From positions 7,896 through 71,895 of the forward strand of contig JACKHA010000012.1 of the NCBI GenBank assembly GCA_020639215.1: a DNA stretch of 64,000 nucleotides, written 5' to 3'. Shown one piece after another: positions 55,353 to 64,000 of the stretch (position 1 is its first letter; each line of letters opens with the position of its first letter). The stretch comes from Phycisphaeraceae bacterium. GTDB lineage: Bacteria > Planctomycetota > Phycisphaerae > Phycisphaerales > UBA1924. The position numbers and the translations under genes are program-made. Under the pieces are notes generated by a model, which did not search any database, had not been told where the DNA came from, and was given only the letters and a program-made list of their open reading frames with translations.

Positions 55353-56852
55353 TCACGCATTCGACGCCGACTCCGCGCCCCGGATTCGCTCGAGCGTCCG
55401 CGTCGTGGACAGGCCCTCGACCAGTTCGACAAGCACGACCTTGCCGCCGCGCTGCTCGACGAATTCCTGTCCCACGACGCCCTTGCCGGCCCAGTCGGCG
55501 CCCTTGACCAGCACGTCTGGCTTGATCGCCTCGATCAGGCTCAGCGGGGTGTCCTGGTCGAACAGCACCACCGCGCCAACACACGCCATCGCGCCGAGCA
55601 GGCGGGCCCGGTCCTCCTGCGTGTTCACCGGGCGGTCCGGGCCCTTGAGGCGCCGGATCGACGCGTCGGCGTTGAGGCCGACGATCAGGAAGTCGCCCTG
55701 GGCCCGCGCGGCTTCCAGGAGCGTCGCGTGCCCGGCATGCAGCACGTCGAAGCACCCGTTGGTGAACACGATCCGCTCGCCCGAGCGCCGCCGGGCGCGG
55801 ATCTCGACGAGCAGGCGGTCGAGCGTGCGCAGGCCGCGGTCGTCTCCCGCATGCTCGAGGATCAGCTGGTGGTGGATCTTCTCGAGCGGGATCGGCACGA
55901 CGCCGAAGACCTCCACTTCTAGCCCGGCCGCGGCGTTAGCCAGGCGGACCGCGTTCGGCCAGGAAAGCGCGTTGGCGCGACCCGCGGCCAGCGCGGCGAG
56001 GAAAATATCGCCCGCGCCGGTCACGTCGTACACCTCGCGCGCGACCGTGGGCACCGCTACGGCGTCTCGCCCCCGCTCGAGCAGCAGGGCGCCGTGCCGA
56101 TCGAGCGTCAGCACCGCGGCCTCGCACTCGAGGCGGTCGGCAAGGCGGGTCGCCAGCGCGCCGTTGTGGGCCAGGTCCGCCGACTCGTGCGTGGGCAGGC
56201 CCGTGGCCCGCTCGGCCTCGACGCGGTTCGGCGTGATCGCGGTGCAACCCCGGTACTTGGCGTAGTCACCGATGGCCGCGGGATCGACGAACACCGGCAC
56301 GCCCGCGTCGCGGGCCATCGCGATAGCCCGCTGGCACACGCCCGGCGTGCACACGCCCTTGTTGTAGTCCTCGATACAAAGGACGTCGATCTGCCCGAGC
56401 ACGCGCTCGAGCCCGCCGAGAAGGGCCGCGGCGGTCTCGGCGCTGAGCGGGTCGCGGGTCTCGTAGTCGACGCGGAACATCTTCTGCGGGTGTCGCGTCT
56501 GGGCCAGGCCGATGAGGTTCCGCTTGACGGTCGTGGGGCGTGAAGCGTCCTCGACCAGGCCGGAGGCGTCGACGCGCTCGCGCTCGAGCGCGCCCTTGAG
56601 CAGCCGCCCCTCCGCATCCTGCCCGGTCACGCCGATCGCGACAACCGATGCGCCCAGCGCGACCAGGTCCATCGCGACGTTCGCGGCCCCGCCGGGGCGA
56701 TCCTCCGTCCGGCGCACATGCAGCACCGGCACCGGGGCGTCGGCCGACAGGCGCTCGGCGTCGCCGTAGACCAGTTGGTCCAGCATGAAGTCCCCGAGGA
56801 CTGCCGCTCGGAAGGGCTTCCAGGCCGCCAGTGTGTTCAGGAGGTCGTCCAT
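55353..56852 (-). CDS. hldE: bifunctional D-beta-D-heptose 7-phosphate kinase / D-beta-D-heptose 1-phosphate adenylyltransferase, canonical domain order (499 aa)
   Basis: ORF 55353..57299 trimmed to ATG 56852 (MDDLLNTL). The kinase part has VLGDFMLDQLVYG...ADAPVPVL...RPGGAANVA and YDVTGAGDIFLAALAAG. The transferase part has RIVFTNGCFDVLHAGHATLLEAARAQGD and RPVNTQEDRARLLGAMACVGAVV. Confidence 0.9.
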   Translation of the reverse strand: MDDLLNTLAAWKPFRAAVLGDFMLDQLVYGDAERLSADAPVPVLHVRRTEDRPGGAANVAMDLVALGASVVAIGVTGQDAEGRLLKGALERERVDASGLVEDASRPTTVKRNLIGLAQTRHPQKMFRVDYETRDPLSAETAAALLGGLERVLGQIDVLCIEDYNKGVCTPGVCQRAIAMARDAGVPVFVDPAAIGDYAKYRGCTAITPNRVEAERATGLPTHESADLAHNGALATRLADRLECEAAVLTLDRHGALLLERGRDAVAVPTVAREVYDVTGAGDIFLAALAAGRANALSWPNAVRLANAAAGLEVEVFGVVPIPLEKIHHQLILEHAGDDRGLRTLDRLLVEIRARRRSGERIVFTNGCFDVLHAGHATLLEAARAQGDFLIVGLNADASIRRLKGPDRPVNTQEDRARLLGAMACVGAVVLFDQDTPLSLIEAIKPDVLVKGADWAGKGVVGQEFVEQRGGKVVLVELVEGLSTTRTLERIRGAESASNA

Positions 56853-56914
56853 CGTGGCCAGACGCAATCCTAGGTTCGCGGCCTCGCCCTCCCACGCGCC
56901 CGCCTGGCGCGGCC

Positions 56915-59620
56915 TCAAGGCGTTGAGGCCTGCGCCCCCAGTTCCCGCACCCGCTCCAGGCGCCGCTGGTGGATCTCCCGATCCGGCTCGATGATCGTCA
57001 GGGCCGCGATGTGGCGCTCGGCGGTCGCGTAGTCCTGTCGCAGCAGCGCGATCCGGGCCGCCAGTTCGCGCTGGTCGGCGTCGAAGGGCGCGAGCCACGT
57101 GGCCCGCTCGGCCTTTGGGGCCGCGGCGTCGTAGTCCCCGAGGGCCGCGTGCTGCCTGGCCAGTTCCGCCGCGTACACCGGCGTGGCCTGCTCGCGCGCG
57201 TCCAGGAACGCCAGGTGCGGGATCGCCTCGTGCTCCCGCCCCGGCGTCCGCAGGTACAGGCGGGCCAGCGCCCGGTGCGGTCCGTCGTCCACCGGGCACG
57301 CTGCGGCGTACTCAAGCAGCAGCGACGCTGTTTCGGGCGTCGCCTCGCCCCGATTGACCTCCAGCGTCAGACGCACGATCTCGCGCAGCACCTCCGGATG
57401 CCCAGGGAACTCCGCCAGCCACGAGCGCAACTGGTCCACCGACGGCGGCGGCGTCCTCTCCTCGGGCGTGCCCTCGGGCCGGTCACGCGCGATCAGTTCG
57501 CCCAGCGACGGCACGTCCGGGCTGGGCAGCATCCCCGCCGCCACCGCCTGGGCCTCGGCCCACGGACGGAACTCGCCCATGAACTCGTCGAGCGACTCGA
57601 CGCCAAGGGCCTGCTCGAATGCGGGCCCGATCGGCGTGCCCGTTGCGAACAGATCCATCAGGCGCAGCGGTGCGTTGGCCCCCCACCGTTCGATGATGAA
57701 CTCGTACATCCAGTGCCCCTGCGCGTACGCCTGGGCCCGGTCGGTCGGGCGACGCGGGCGGACGAACATCAGGTCGATCTCGTCCATGCCGAACAGGTTG
57801 CCCGTCGTCAGCGCCTCGGTCAGCAGGCGCCAGCGAGAGAAGTCGCGCGGCGCGTCCTCCAGATACACCGCCGCGGCCTCCGTGAACCAGTGCGGGATCC
57901 GGTTGTTCGTCCGCGAGAGCGTCACGGTGTGCGTGTATTCATGCTGGAGCACGCGAGGCCAGTCGTACGTCCCCAGGCTGTGCCCCGCCCCGACCTGCGG
58001 GCTCTCCATCGCGATCACGGGCCCGGTCGCCGCGGCCACAGTGTGGATGCTCGGCATCCCCGTGATCCGCACGCTGAACCACGCGTGGTCGGGCATGATC
58101 TCGACCACCGTGCGAACCGGCGGCTCGAAGTCGATTCCCCCGGTGCCGCTGCCGGCCACTCGCGCGTGGATGCGCTCCAGCACGTCCCGCATGTCGATCG
58201 CCAACGCCTCGTCGATGCCGGGCTTGTAGCGGATGACGAAGTGCTCGGTCTCCATCCGCTCGTACGTCAGCAGTTCCTCGACCAGTGTCAGGCTGTTGCG
58301 AGCCCGGACGTTGAACGGGTCGAGGGCCGTCGCCGCCCGCAGGGCATCCCGGGCCGCCACGTCGCGCCCCGACTGCATCTCAAGCAGCCCCAGGGCCAGG
58401 CGCGGGCGGGCCCAGTTGGGCTGGCGCTCCGCCGCCTGTTCGAGGAACGCCGCGGCGTCCTCGTATTGGCGATCGTCCGCGAGGCGCTCGCCCGCCTCGA
58501 GCAGCGCCAGCGGCGAGCCGGGCGACAGCGCATCGAACGTCGCGCATCGCTCGCGCGTCAGGCCGATCTCGAACAACCCGGCCGCGATCGCCGCGTGCAG
58601 GGCCCGCGCCTCGCGCATCCGCGGGAACCGCTCGAGGAGCGGCTGCAAGATCCGGGCCGCCTCATCCGCGTCGCCCTGACGCAGCCGCGCCCGCACCAGC
58701 ACCATCGTGGCGATCGGCGACGAGCCCAGTTCGCCCTCGGGATCGATCCGCTCGTACCGCTCCTGCGCGAACCGGGCCGCGGCCTCGGCCCGCGCAAAGT
58801 CGAACGAGTCCACCGCCGCCGCGCCCAGCATCCCGAACGCCTCGCCAGACGCGGGGCACAGCGAGAGCGCCTGCACGATCGCCTCGACCGCCTGCGCCGT
58901 GTTGTCCTTGTCCATCAGCAGCTCGGCCTCGGCCAGGTACGCCGGCCAATAGAGACGATCCATCTCGCCGCGGGCCCGCCCGAGCAGATCGGCGAGCGTG
59001 CGATAGTCCGCACCGGCCTGGCCCTCGCGCGCCGGACCTCGCAAACGCGACCGCGCGATCAGCGCCCGCACGCCCTCGGTCAGGTCCGCGGCGTTGTCGG
59101 CCCGCGTGCGGAGCAGGCGCTCGACCGCGACATCGAGCGCCGCGTCCGCGTCCTCGAACCGCCCGAGCAGTTCCAGAACCTCGGCCCGCAGACGCACCGC
59201 CCGCAGCGACGACTCGCCCGCCAGCGTCTCCAGCGCCTCCTCGAGTTCGCCCCGCCGCACCATCGCCTCGGCCCGATCCAGCACCGGCGCCTCGGGATCA
59301 ACAAGCCACGCGTGGTCCCACACCCCCGCCGTCAGCGCGGCCCGGGCCCGACGCGCCGGCGTGTCCAGGTCCCCCTCGCGCCACAGCCCGTGGAACACGC
59401 GGAGGTCCTTCGCCTCATCCTCGGTCAGATACGGGGCCTCAACAGCCCGCAGCACGGCCTGCGAGGTCTCCGGCGCCTGGAACTGCTGGCCGCCACGCTG
59501 GGGCTGGGCCGCGGCGCCGCTCGTCACACAGCACGCTAAGGCAATCGCCGCGACACCAAGCCTCGCCAGTCGCTCCAACGAGCCGCTCACTCCGAACTTC
59601 CGTGCCATTCCGCGCTCCAT
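56915..59620 (-). CDS. secreted TPR-repeat protein with embedded HExxH (peptidase MA-like) domain (about 901 aa)
   Basis: ORF 56915..60856 trimmed to ATG 59620 (alternative 59608): MERGMARKFGVSGSLERLARLGVAAIALACCVTSGAAAQ. Many TPR-like helices. There is a central VLQHEYTHTVTL...HWFTEAAAVYLE (HExxH plus downstream Glu). Confidence 0.6.
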   Translation of the reverse strand: MERGMARKFGVSGSLERLARLGVAAIALACCVTSGAAAQPQRGGQQFQAPETSQAVLRAVEAPYLTEDEAKDLRVFHGLWREGDLDTPARRARAALTAGVWDHAWLVDPEAPVLDRAEAMVRRGELEEALETLAGESSLRAVRLRAEVLELLGRFEDADAALDVAVERLLRTRADNAADLTEGVRALIARSRLRGPAREGQAGADYRTLADLLGRARGEMDRLYWPAYLAEAELLMDKDNTAQAVEAIVQALSLCPASGEAFGMLGAAAVDSFDFARAEAAARFAQERYERIDPEGELGSSPIATMVLVRARLRQGDADEAARILQPLLERFPRMREARALHAAIAAGLFEIGLTRERCATFDALSPGSPLALLEAGERLADDRQYEDAAAFLEQAAERQPNWARPRLALGLLEMQSGRDVAARDALRAATALDPFNVRARNSLTLVEELLTYERMETEHFVIRYKPGIDEALAIDMRDVLERIHARVAGSGTGGIDFEPPVRTVVEIMPDHAWFSVRITGMPSIHTVAAATGPVIAMESPQVGAGHSLGTYDWPRVLQHEYTHTVTLSRTNNRIPHWFTEAAAVYLEDAPRDFSRWRLLTEALTTGNLFGMDEIDLMFVRPRRPTDRAQAYAQGHWMYEFIIERWGANAPLRLMDLFATGTPIGPAFEQALGVESLDEFMGEFRPWAEAQAVAAGMLPSPDVPSLGELIARDRPEGTPEERTPPPSVDQLRSWLAEFPGHPEVLREIVRLTLEVNRGEATPETASLLLEYAAACPVDDGPHRALARLYLRTPGREHEAIPHLAFLDAREQATPVYAAELARQHAALGDYDAAAPKAERATWLAPFDADQRELAARIALLRQDYATAERHIAALTIIEPDREIHQRRLERVRELGAQASTP

Positions 59621-59743
59621 CGCAGCACCCAACCGGCATCGACCCCACAACGAGCGTACCGATCGCCGCGAATCCAGTCGCGGCCCACCGCGCACCCCAC
59701 CCCTCCAACCCCTACCCTCCCCCGACCATTCCAGGAGCGTCGC

Positions 59744-60274
59744 ATGCCCGCCGACATCGATCGCCTCACCACCTTCATCCACGACGTGCCCGACTTCCCC
59801 AAGCCCGGCATCACCTTCAAGGACTTCACGCCCCTGCTGGCCGACGCCGCCGCCCTCGCATTGGCCGTCGAACTCATGGCCAACCCCTTCCGCGGCAAGC
59901 GGATCGACCTGGTCGTCGGCGCCGAGTCCCGCGGCTTCATCTTCGGCACCGCCATCGCCCAGTCGCTCTCGGCCGGCTTCGTGCCCGTCCGCAAGCCCGG
60001 CAAACTCCCGCGCACCGTCCACGGCGTCGACTACCTGCTCGAATACGGCACCGACCGCCTCGAGATCCACTCCGACGCCGTCGACCGCTCCCAGCGCGTC
60101 CTGCTCGTCGACGACCTGCTCGCCACCGGCGGCACCCTCCGCGCCTGCGCCGAACTGGTCCAGAAGACCGGCGCCACCATCGTCGGCCTCACGGTGCTCA
60201 TCGAACTCGAAGGCCTCCAGGGCCGCCGCCGCGTCGACGAGTTCGGCACGGTCCACTCGGTCATCCGGTGCTGA
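59744..60274 (+). CDS. apt: adenine phosphoribosyltransferase (176 aa)
   Basis: FPKPGITFKDFTPLL, VGAESRGFIFG, and the PRPP motif VLLVDDLLATGGT. CAGGAG lies upstream of the ATG. Confidence 0.93.
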   Translation: MPADIDRLTTFIHDVPDFPKPGITFKDFTPLLADAAALALAVELMANPFRGKRIDLVVGAESRGFIFGTAIAQSLSAGFVPVRKPGKLPRTVHGVDYLLEYGTDRLEIHSDAVDRSQRVLLVDDLLATGGTLRACAELVQKTGATIVGLTVLIELEGLQGRRRVDEFGTVHSVIRC

Positions 60275-60312
60275 CCCCCAGCAACACCCCCCTCGCACAC
60301 CCCAGCGCGCGA

Positions 60313-60334
60313 GCCGGGGCGTCCCCGCCCCGGC
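60313..60334. terminator. 9-bp GC hairpin between convergent apt and smpB (contains the GGGGCGGGGACGCCCC motif in reverse orientation)
   Basis: gccggggcg (60313-60321), loop tccc, cgccccggc (60326-60334). It lies 2 nt from the smpB stop codon and 38 nt from the apt stop. There is no U-tract. Confidence 0.45.
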
Positions 60335-60336
60335 CC

Positions 60337-60813
60337 CTACACCCTCTTCGACATCGCCCGCTGCATATCCCGCTCCGCCTCTCGCTTCGCGATCGACTCC
60401 CGCTTGTCGTGGCGCGACTTGCCGTAGCCCACCCCCACCAGCACCTTCGCGAATCCGTTCTTGAAGTACAGGCGCAGCGGCACGATCGTCGCCCCCTTCT
60501 CCTGCGAGAGTTTCGCCAGCCGCTGGATCTCCCGCTTGTGGGCCAGCAGGCGGCGGACCCGCACCGGCGGGTGGGCCATCGGCCCCGCCGGGCCGTACGG
60601 CCCGATGTTCACCGAGTGCAACTGCAACTCGGGCGGCGTCTCCTGGGCCGTCACGTACCCCTCGCCGATCGACACGTTCGACTCGCGCACGGCCTTGACC
60701 TCCGACCCGCGCAGCACGATCCCAACCTCCAGCGTCTCGCCGATGGAGTAGTCGTGCCGCGCACGACGGTTCTCGATCACGGGGTCCGGGTTCTTCTTCT
60801 TGGACTTGGCCAT
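60337..60813 (-). CDS. smpB: SsrA-binding protein SmpB (158 aa)
   Basis: ORF 60337..61101 trimmed to ATG 60813: MAKSKKKNPDPVIENRRARHDYSIGETLEVGIVLRGSEVKAVR...RRLLAHKREI...LRLYFKNGFAKVLVGVGYGK. Confidence 0.92.
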   Translation of the reverse strand: MAKSKKKNPDPVIENRRARHDYSIGETLEVGIVLRGSEVKAVRESNVSIGEGYVTAQETPPELQLHSVNIGPYGPAGPMAHPPVRVRRLLAHKREIQRLAKLSQEKGATIVPLRLYFKNGFAKVLVGVGYGKSRHDKRESIAKREAERDMQRAMSKRV

Positions 60814-61008
60814 TGGGGGGTTGGGTCGGGGGGAACGATAGAGCGGTGGCCTGCACGGTGGAGCGGCTCGAACCGCGGAGCGAACACGCTGGTAGACTGG
60901 CGTGCCGCAGAGGTGACAGACGACGCTGGCGTGCACCAGCGTGAAGACCAGTGCAAGCGTCGGCAGCACACTCGCGGACGTGGGCCTCGGACCATCAGGA
61001 GGCGGGGT

Positions 61009-61410
61009 ATGCGAAGGCATGGCGCGATTCCGCTGGCGATGGCAGCCCTGCTCGGCGCGTCTGTCGGTGCCGGTTGCGCCGGTTCCAGCGCACCGCGGCA
61101 TGCGGCGGATTGGGCGGCGTCGACCGTTGAGCCACGGCAGCTGTCCCAGTCATCCCCCGCGACCCGGGAGTACTCGATCGCCGATGTCCGTGCCTACGCC
61201 GACGAGCCGCGTGTGATCTACCTCGACCTCCGGTGCGCGGGCACGCCGACGGCTCTCCGCGTGGATCACGAGTACTTCCTGGCCCGCATCAAGACCGAGA
61301 GGCACGGTCCCGCGTTCGAGATCCGCGATGAGGCAGGGTGGCATCGACCTCGAAACACCTGCGACGTGCCACCGACTTGCGGAGTCCGCGGAGCAAGTCG
61401 GTGCCGATGA
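61009..61410 (+). CDS. possible small lipoprotein (133 aa)
   Basis: ATG 61009 is preceded by AGGAGG (60996-61001). MRRHGAIPLAMAALLGASVGAGCAGSS (signal plus Cys). The C-terminal about 40 aa overlaps read-through of the integrase remnant, so the end is uncertain. Confidence 0.45.
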   Translation: MRRHGAIPLAMAALLGASVGAGCAGSSAPRHAADWAASTVEPRQLSQSSPATREYSIADVRAYADEPRVIYLDLRCAGTPTALRVDHEYFLARIKTERHGPAFEIRDEAGWHRPRNTCDVPPTCGVRGASRCR

Positions 61411-61446
61411 ACGGAGAGCCCGACGCGTGCAGGTTTGCGATCGTGC

Positions 61447-61880
61447 TCATAGCCGGATCCGACTGATCTCGTCCAGCGTCACCCGCTCGCCCCGCCGGTC
61501 GTACGCCTGCGTCGTGCTGAATCGACGCGTGCGCGGCGATGTGCCTCGCGTTCTCGATCGTGCCGCCGTTCTCCAGGTAGACCGTGATCCCCGTGGCCCG
61601 GAACGTGTGGCTGGTCGTCTCCCGCGGCAACCCGGCATCCCTGGCGCGTCGCTTGACCATCTCCCAGGCCGCGAGCCGGCCGATCCGCCGGGGAGTGATC
61701 CTGCCGCCGATCGTCGCACGGAACAGCGGCCCCTCGGCGATCCCCGCCGCGGCCAAGTGCGCGAGCAGGCACTCCTCGGCCCGGTGGTGCAGCGGCACGG
61801 CATGCTCCTTGCCGCCCCACCGCCCCATTTTCCTGTCAGCCCCACCCCACCCCCGGCGGTCCCCCTCCGGTCCACCACCT
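61447..61880 (-). pseudogene. tyrosine recombinase/integrase remnant: C-terminal catalytic half only, frameshifted
   Basis: Frame of ORF 61289..61828 reads GGKEHAVPLHHRAEECLLAHL...TSHTFRATGITVYLENGGTIENARHIAAHAS. The frame of ORF 61447..61878 continues STTQAYDRRGERVTLDEISRIRL-stop (catalytic Tyr region). The two frames meet at 61516-61525 with 4 nt between them. The N-terminal core-binding domain and Arg box I are absent. Confidence 0.7.
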
Positions 61881-61962
61881 TCCCGACCTACAATTCGCCA
61901 TCCGTTCGGATCACCTAGTCGAGACCCGCCTCGACACCCCCGCCCCCGCCCGGGAATCCCCC

Positions 61963-62640
61963 ATGTTCTCGCGCTCGCCCAAGAACACCGCCCACCACAG
62001 CGCCTCGCTCGTGACGGCCACCAAGCCCGCCGAGTTGTCGCCCCTCGAAGCCGCGATCATGGACGCCTGCAACCTCCTGCACGAGGTCCGGGCCACCAAG
62101 GACGCCGCCCGGACCGCCGAGGTCCGCTCCCATCTGTTCGACCTGCTGGACAAGTACGACGCGTCCGATGCCGAAAACCACCCGAACCCCGCCTGGGCCC
62201 GGGCCAACCAGCGTGCCCTGGCCCACTCCGCGGCCGGCGAAGTGGAACAGGCGATCGTGACCGAGCGCATCGCCCTGCGGTATGCTGACACGGACAGACG
62301 CCGCGAGATCAGCCTCGGCAACCTCGCCGACCGCTGCCTCCGCCTGGGGCGTTACGAGGAGGCGATCGAGCACTTCCTGGCCGCCCAGGACGTGGCCCCG
62401 CAGAGCGTGCCCGTGATGCTCACCGGGGCCCAGGCCCTGGCGCTGGCGGGGTTCTCGGACGAGGCCGACCGGATCTTCCGCCAGTTCCTGACGGCGGAGC
62501 ACCTGCGGCCCGGGACCGAACTCGTCGCCTATCTGGAGTACGAGCCGCGCCTTGGCGAACTCGCCGCCGGCCTCCCAGCCCTGGCCGAACTCATGGCCAG
62601 ATGGGAGCGGACCAAGCCCCGCGATCGCGGAAGCGAATAG
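61963..62640 (+). CDS. hypothetical helical (TPR-like) protein (225 aa)
   Basis: Clean ATG-to-TAG ORF. TPR-like segment NLADRCLRLGRYEEAIEHFLAAQDVAPQSVPVMLTGAQALALAGFSDEADRIF. I recognise no family. Confidence 0.55.
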   Translation: MFSRSPKNTAHHSASLVTATKPAELSPLEAAIMDACNLLHEVRATKDAARTAEVRSHLFDLLDKYDASDAENHPNPAWARANQRALAHSAAGEVEQAIVTERIALRYADTDRRREISLGNLADRCLRLGRYEEAIEHFLAAQDVAPQSVPVMLTGAQALALAGFSDEADRIFRQFLTAEHLRPGTELVAYLEYEPRLGELAAGLPALAELMARWERTKPRDRGSE

Positions 62641-62684
62641 CGGGGCGTCCCGGGTGTTGGTAAGCCCCGGGGGAGCGCGGAAGG

Positions 62685-63617
62685 ATGTGCCCCATGGAAC
62701 GAAGCCAACAGGAACTTTTCTGGCGACTCTACGAGAAGCAGGTGCGCACGCCCGTCGAGCGCGCGTGCCGGCGCGTCTCGCGCACGCTGACCGACAACGC
62801 CATGGACCCATCGGACATGGTCGCGTGGGTCGATCAGCGCGTGTGGCGGATGCTCGAGAAGGGCGCCTGGCCCACGTTCCACGACGATCCGACGCCCGAG
62901 GTGGCCGTCGAGCGCCTCGAGAAGAACGCCGCGACGCTGGCCCGCTGGGCCCACCTGGCGCTGGTCCGCAAGACGTTCCGCCGCACCGCGCGTGAGGCGG
63001 CCTACGAGAAGGCCCGGGCCGCGGAGATCCGCGCCAGCGTGACCAGCCGCGTCGAGGCCTTGGCCGCGACGAGCGGGCACGGCGCGGCGTTCGAGAACAA
63101 CGAGCAGATCGGGGCCGACCTGGCCCGCGTCCGCGCAGCGGTCGCCGAGCGCGTCCGCCAGAAGCTGGCCGCGTCGTGGCCCGAGGCCGGCGAGCGTCAG
63201 CGGATCGCGATGGCCCTGGGCGTGACCGACGAGAAGACCGACGACCTGATCGAATCCACCACGACGGGGGACATGAAGGTGAACACGGTGCAGCAAATGC
63301 GCAGCCGCTCAATGCGCGAGGCGCGGTCGATCATGCAGGACGCGCCGGCCAAGGCGGCCCGCGGCGCGGGCGGGCTGGGCAAGGCCGTCGGGGCCTTGCT
63401 GCTGGCCGCCATGATGGTCCTGACGTTCTCGCCGTCGTCGGCGTATGCCGGCGAGCAGACCGGCGGTCGCGGCGGCAGCCGCGGCGGGCGCAGCGTCGAG
63501 GCCATGTCGAGCGTCGAGGGCATCAACCACGGCCCCAGCGCGGGCGAGTACTCCCACGCCGACATCGCCGACACGCTCAAGAAGGAGCAGACCGGCGGGC
63601 GCGGCCCGACGCGGTGA
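62685..63617 (+). CDS. sigma-70-like (ECF-like regions 2 and 4) protein fused to a C-terminal TM segment and short tail with duplicated EQTGGRG motif (310 aa)
   Basis: ELFWRLYEKQVRTPVERACRRV...DPSDMVAWVDQRVWRMLEKG...LARWAHLALVRKTFRR is region-2-like. GERQRIAMALGVTDEKTDDLIESTTTGDMKVNTVQQMRSRSMREARSIM is region-4-like. Then comes the TM segment AVGALLLAAMMVLTFSPSSAYA, followed by GEQTGGRGGSRGGR...KEQTGGRGPTR. The alternative ATG is 62694. The domain calls are weak eye-alignments. Confidence 0.5.
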   Translation: MCPMERSQQELFWRLYEKQVRTPVERACRRVSRTLTDNAMDPSDMVAWVDQRVWRMLEKGAWPTFHDDPTPEVAVERLEKNAATLARWAHLALVRKTFRRTAREAAYEKARAAEIRASVTSRVEALAATSGHGAAFENNEQIGADLARVRAAVAERVRQKLAASWPEAGERQRIAMALGVTDEKTDDLIESTTTGDMKVNTVQQMRSRSMREARSIMQDAPAKAARGAGGLGKAVGALLLAAMMVLTFSPSSAYAGEQTGGRGGSRGGRSVEAMSSVEGINHGPSAGEYSHADIADTLKKEQTGGRGPTR

Positions 63618-63678
63618 CGCCTCGCTCAGGCTCGATCACGCGGATCTGACAAGACCGCACATCACAGCCAACGACCGA

Positions 63679-63708
63679 GCGGGCGGCCACACGGCCGCCC
63701 GTCTTTTT
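63679..63708 (+). terminator. canonical rho-independent terminator
   Basis: gcgggcggcc-acac-ggccgcccgt followed by cttttt. The core stem is gggcggcc 63681-63688 with ggccgccc 63693-63700, and the T-run lies at 63701-63708. It is 62 nt after the stop of the sigma-like gene. Confidence 0.85.
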
Positions 63709-63727
63709 CATTGCTCGAACGCTACTT

Positions 63728-64000
63728 TCACGGCGCATCCCGCCACGGGCTCGCTTCATCGGCGCGCCCCGCGGCCTCGTACAGGCGCACCACCGTCCGC
63801 CTCGCGTTCCGCGTGTACCGGTGCCCCGCCCCCAGCGATCGTGCAAGCCCCTCGGCCGCCCCGATCGCCAGCGGCAGGCCATCGTTGAATCTCCCGACCC
63901 GCAGGTAGTGCTGCGCCAATGTCACCATCGACACCAGCGTGTCGGCGTGCTCGGACCCCAGCGTCCGGCGTCGGGCTTCCAACACCTCGCGAAACAGCGC
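63728..64000 (-). CDS. C-terminal end of a TPR (TPR_10/12-type) protein; 5' part lies beyond the window
   Basis: The frame is open to position 64000: ...LFREVLEARRRTLGSEHADTLVSMVTLAQHYLRVGRFNDGLPLAIGAAEGLARSLGAGHRYTRNARRTVVRLYEAAGRADEASPWRDAP. The xxLGxxHxDTLxSMxxLA repeat and the LYEAxGxxxEA tail are typical of TPR arrays at the C-termini of kinase/NTPase-type signalling proteins. Confidence 0.65.
   Translation of the reverse strand, partial: ALFREVLEARRRTLGSEHADTLVSMVTLAQHYLRVGRFNDGLPLAIGAAEGLARSLGAGHRYTRNARRTVVRLYEAAGRADEASPWRDAP

Noticed and set aside
60848-60880. tRNA/tmRNA 3'-end-like sequence on the minus strand upstream of smpB (CCGCGGTTCGAGCCGCTCCACCG)
   Set aside because: The T-arm would have only a 4-bp stem and a 6-nt loop. 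I could not find a matching 5' acceptor strand, D-arm or anticodon arm. The 195-nt gap is too short for a tmRNA. It might be an att-site relic, but that is unsupported.
61289-61446. The C-terminal 50 codons of track ORF 61289..61828 (…IQHDAGVRPAGRAGDAG…)
   Set aside because: This is read-through after the frameshift in the integrase remnant. The true recombinase C-terminus (STTQAYDRR…IRL) is in the other frame and stops at 61447.

Overview
High-GC (roughly 70%) bacterial chromosomal window with about 50 supportable protein genes. I cannot defend any rRNA, tRNA or CRISPR array. Gene content and the style of the prepilin-like proteins suggest a Planctomycetota/PVC-type organism, but that is inference only. 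Layout: (i) 1-11.7 kb is one minus-strand type II secretion / type IV pilus-like locus: a GspE/PilB-like ATPase, PilT, a second GspE-like ATPase, a GspF/PilC platform and at least four giant (375-390 aa) prepilin-like proteins. The ATPase and platform cistrons are separated by 100-500 nt purine-rich spacers carrying exact repeated boxes. (ii) 11.9-25.3 kb holds housekeeping and envelope genes (CoaB-like, a Gly/Arg-rich RluA-methyltransferase fusion, PilZ, an M16-like protein, GmhB, GatA, TypA), with long inverted GA-box repeats flanking gatA. (iii) 25.3-33.6 kb is an AraC-linked glycosyltransferase island containing a domain-permuted second HldE. (iv) 33.6-60.8 kb holds an M60-like peptidase, fructosamine kinase, CtaB, a PqqB-like hydrolase, TrxA, an AhpD-like protein, an ECF sigma/anti-sigma pair, an Hsp70 paralog, PheT, an IlvE-like protein, a PEP-CTERM protein, KAS II, a BamD-like/LptE-like pair, canonical HldE, a TPR-metallopeptidase, Apt and SmpB. 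(v) 60.8-64 kb holds a decayed tyrosine-integrase fragment followed by a TPR protein, a membrane-anchored sigma-like protein and the tail of a TPR protein. Most very long ORFs in the six-frame track are antisense shadows or upstream read-through of real genes, as expected at this GC content, so I trimmed starts accordingly. The track also counts GTG/TTG as starts. All function calls rest on motifs I can read in the translations, not on database searches.
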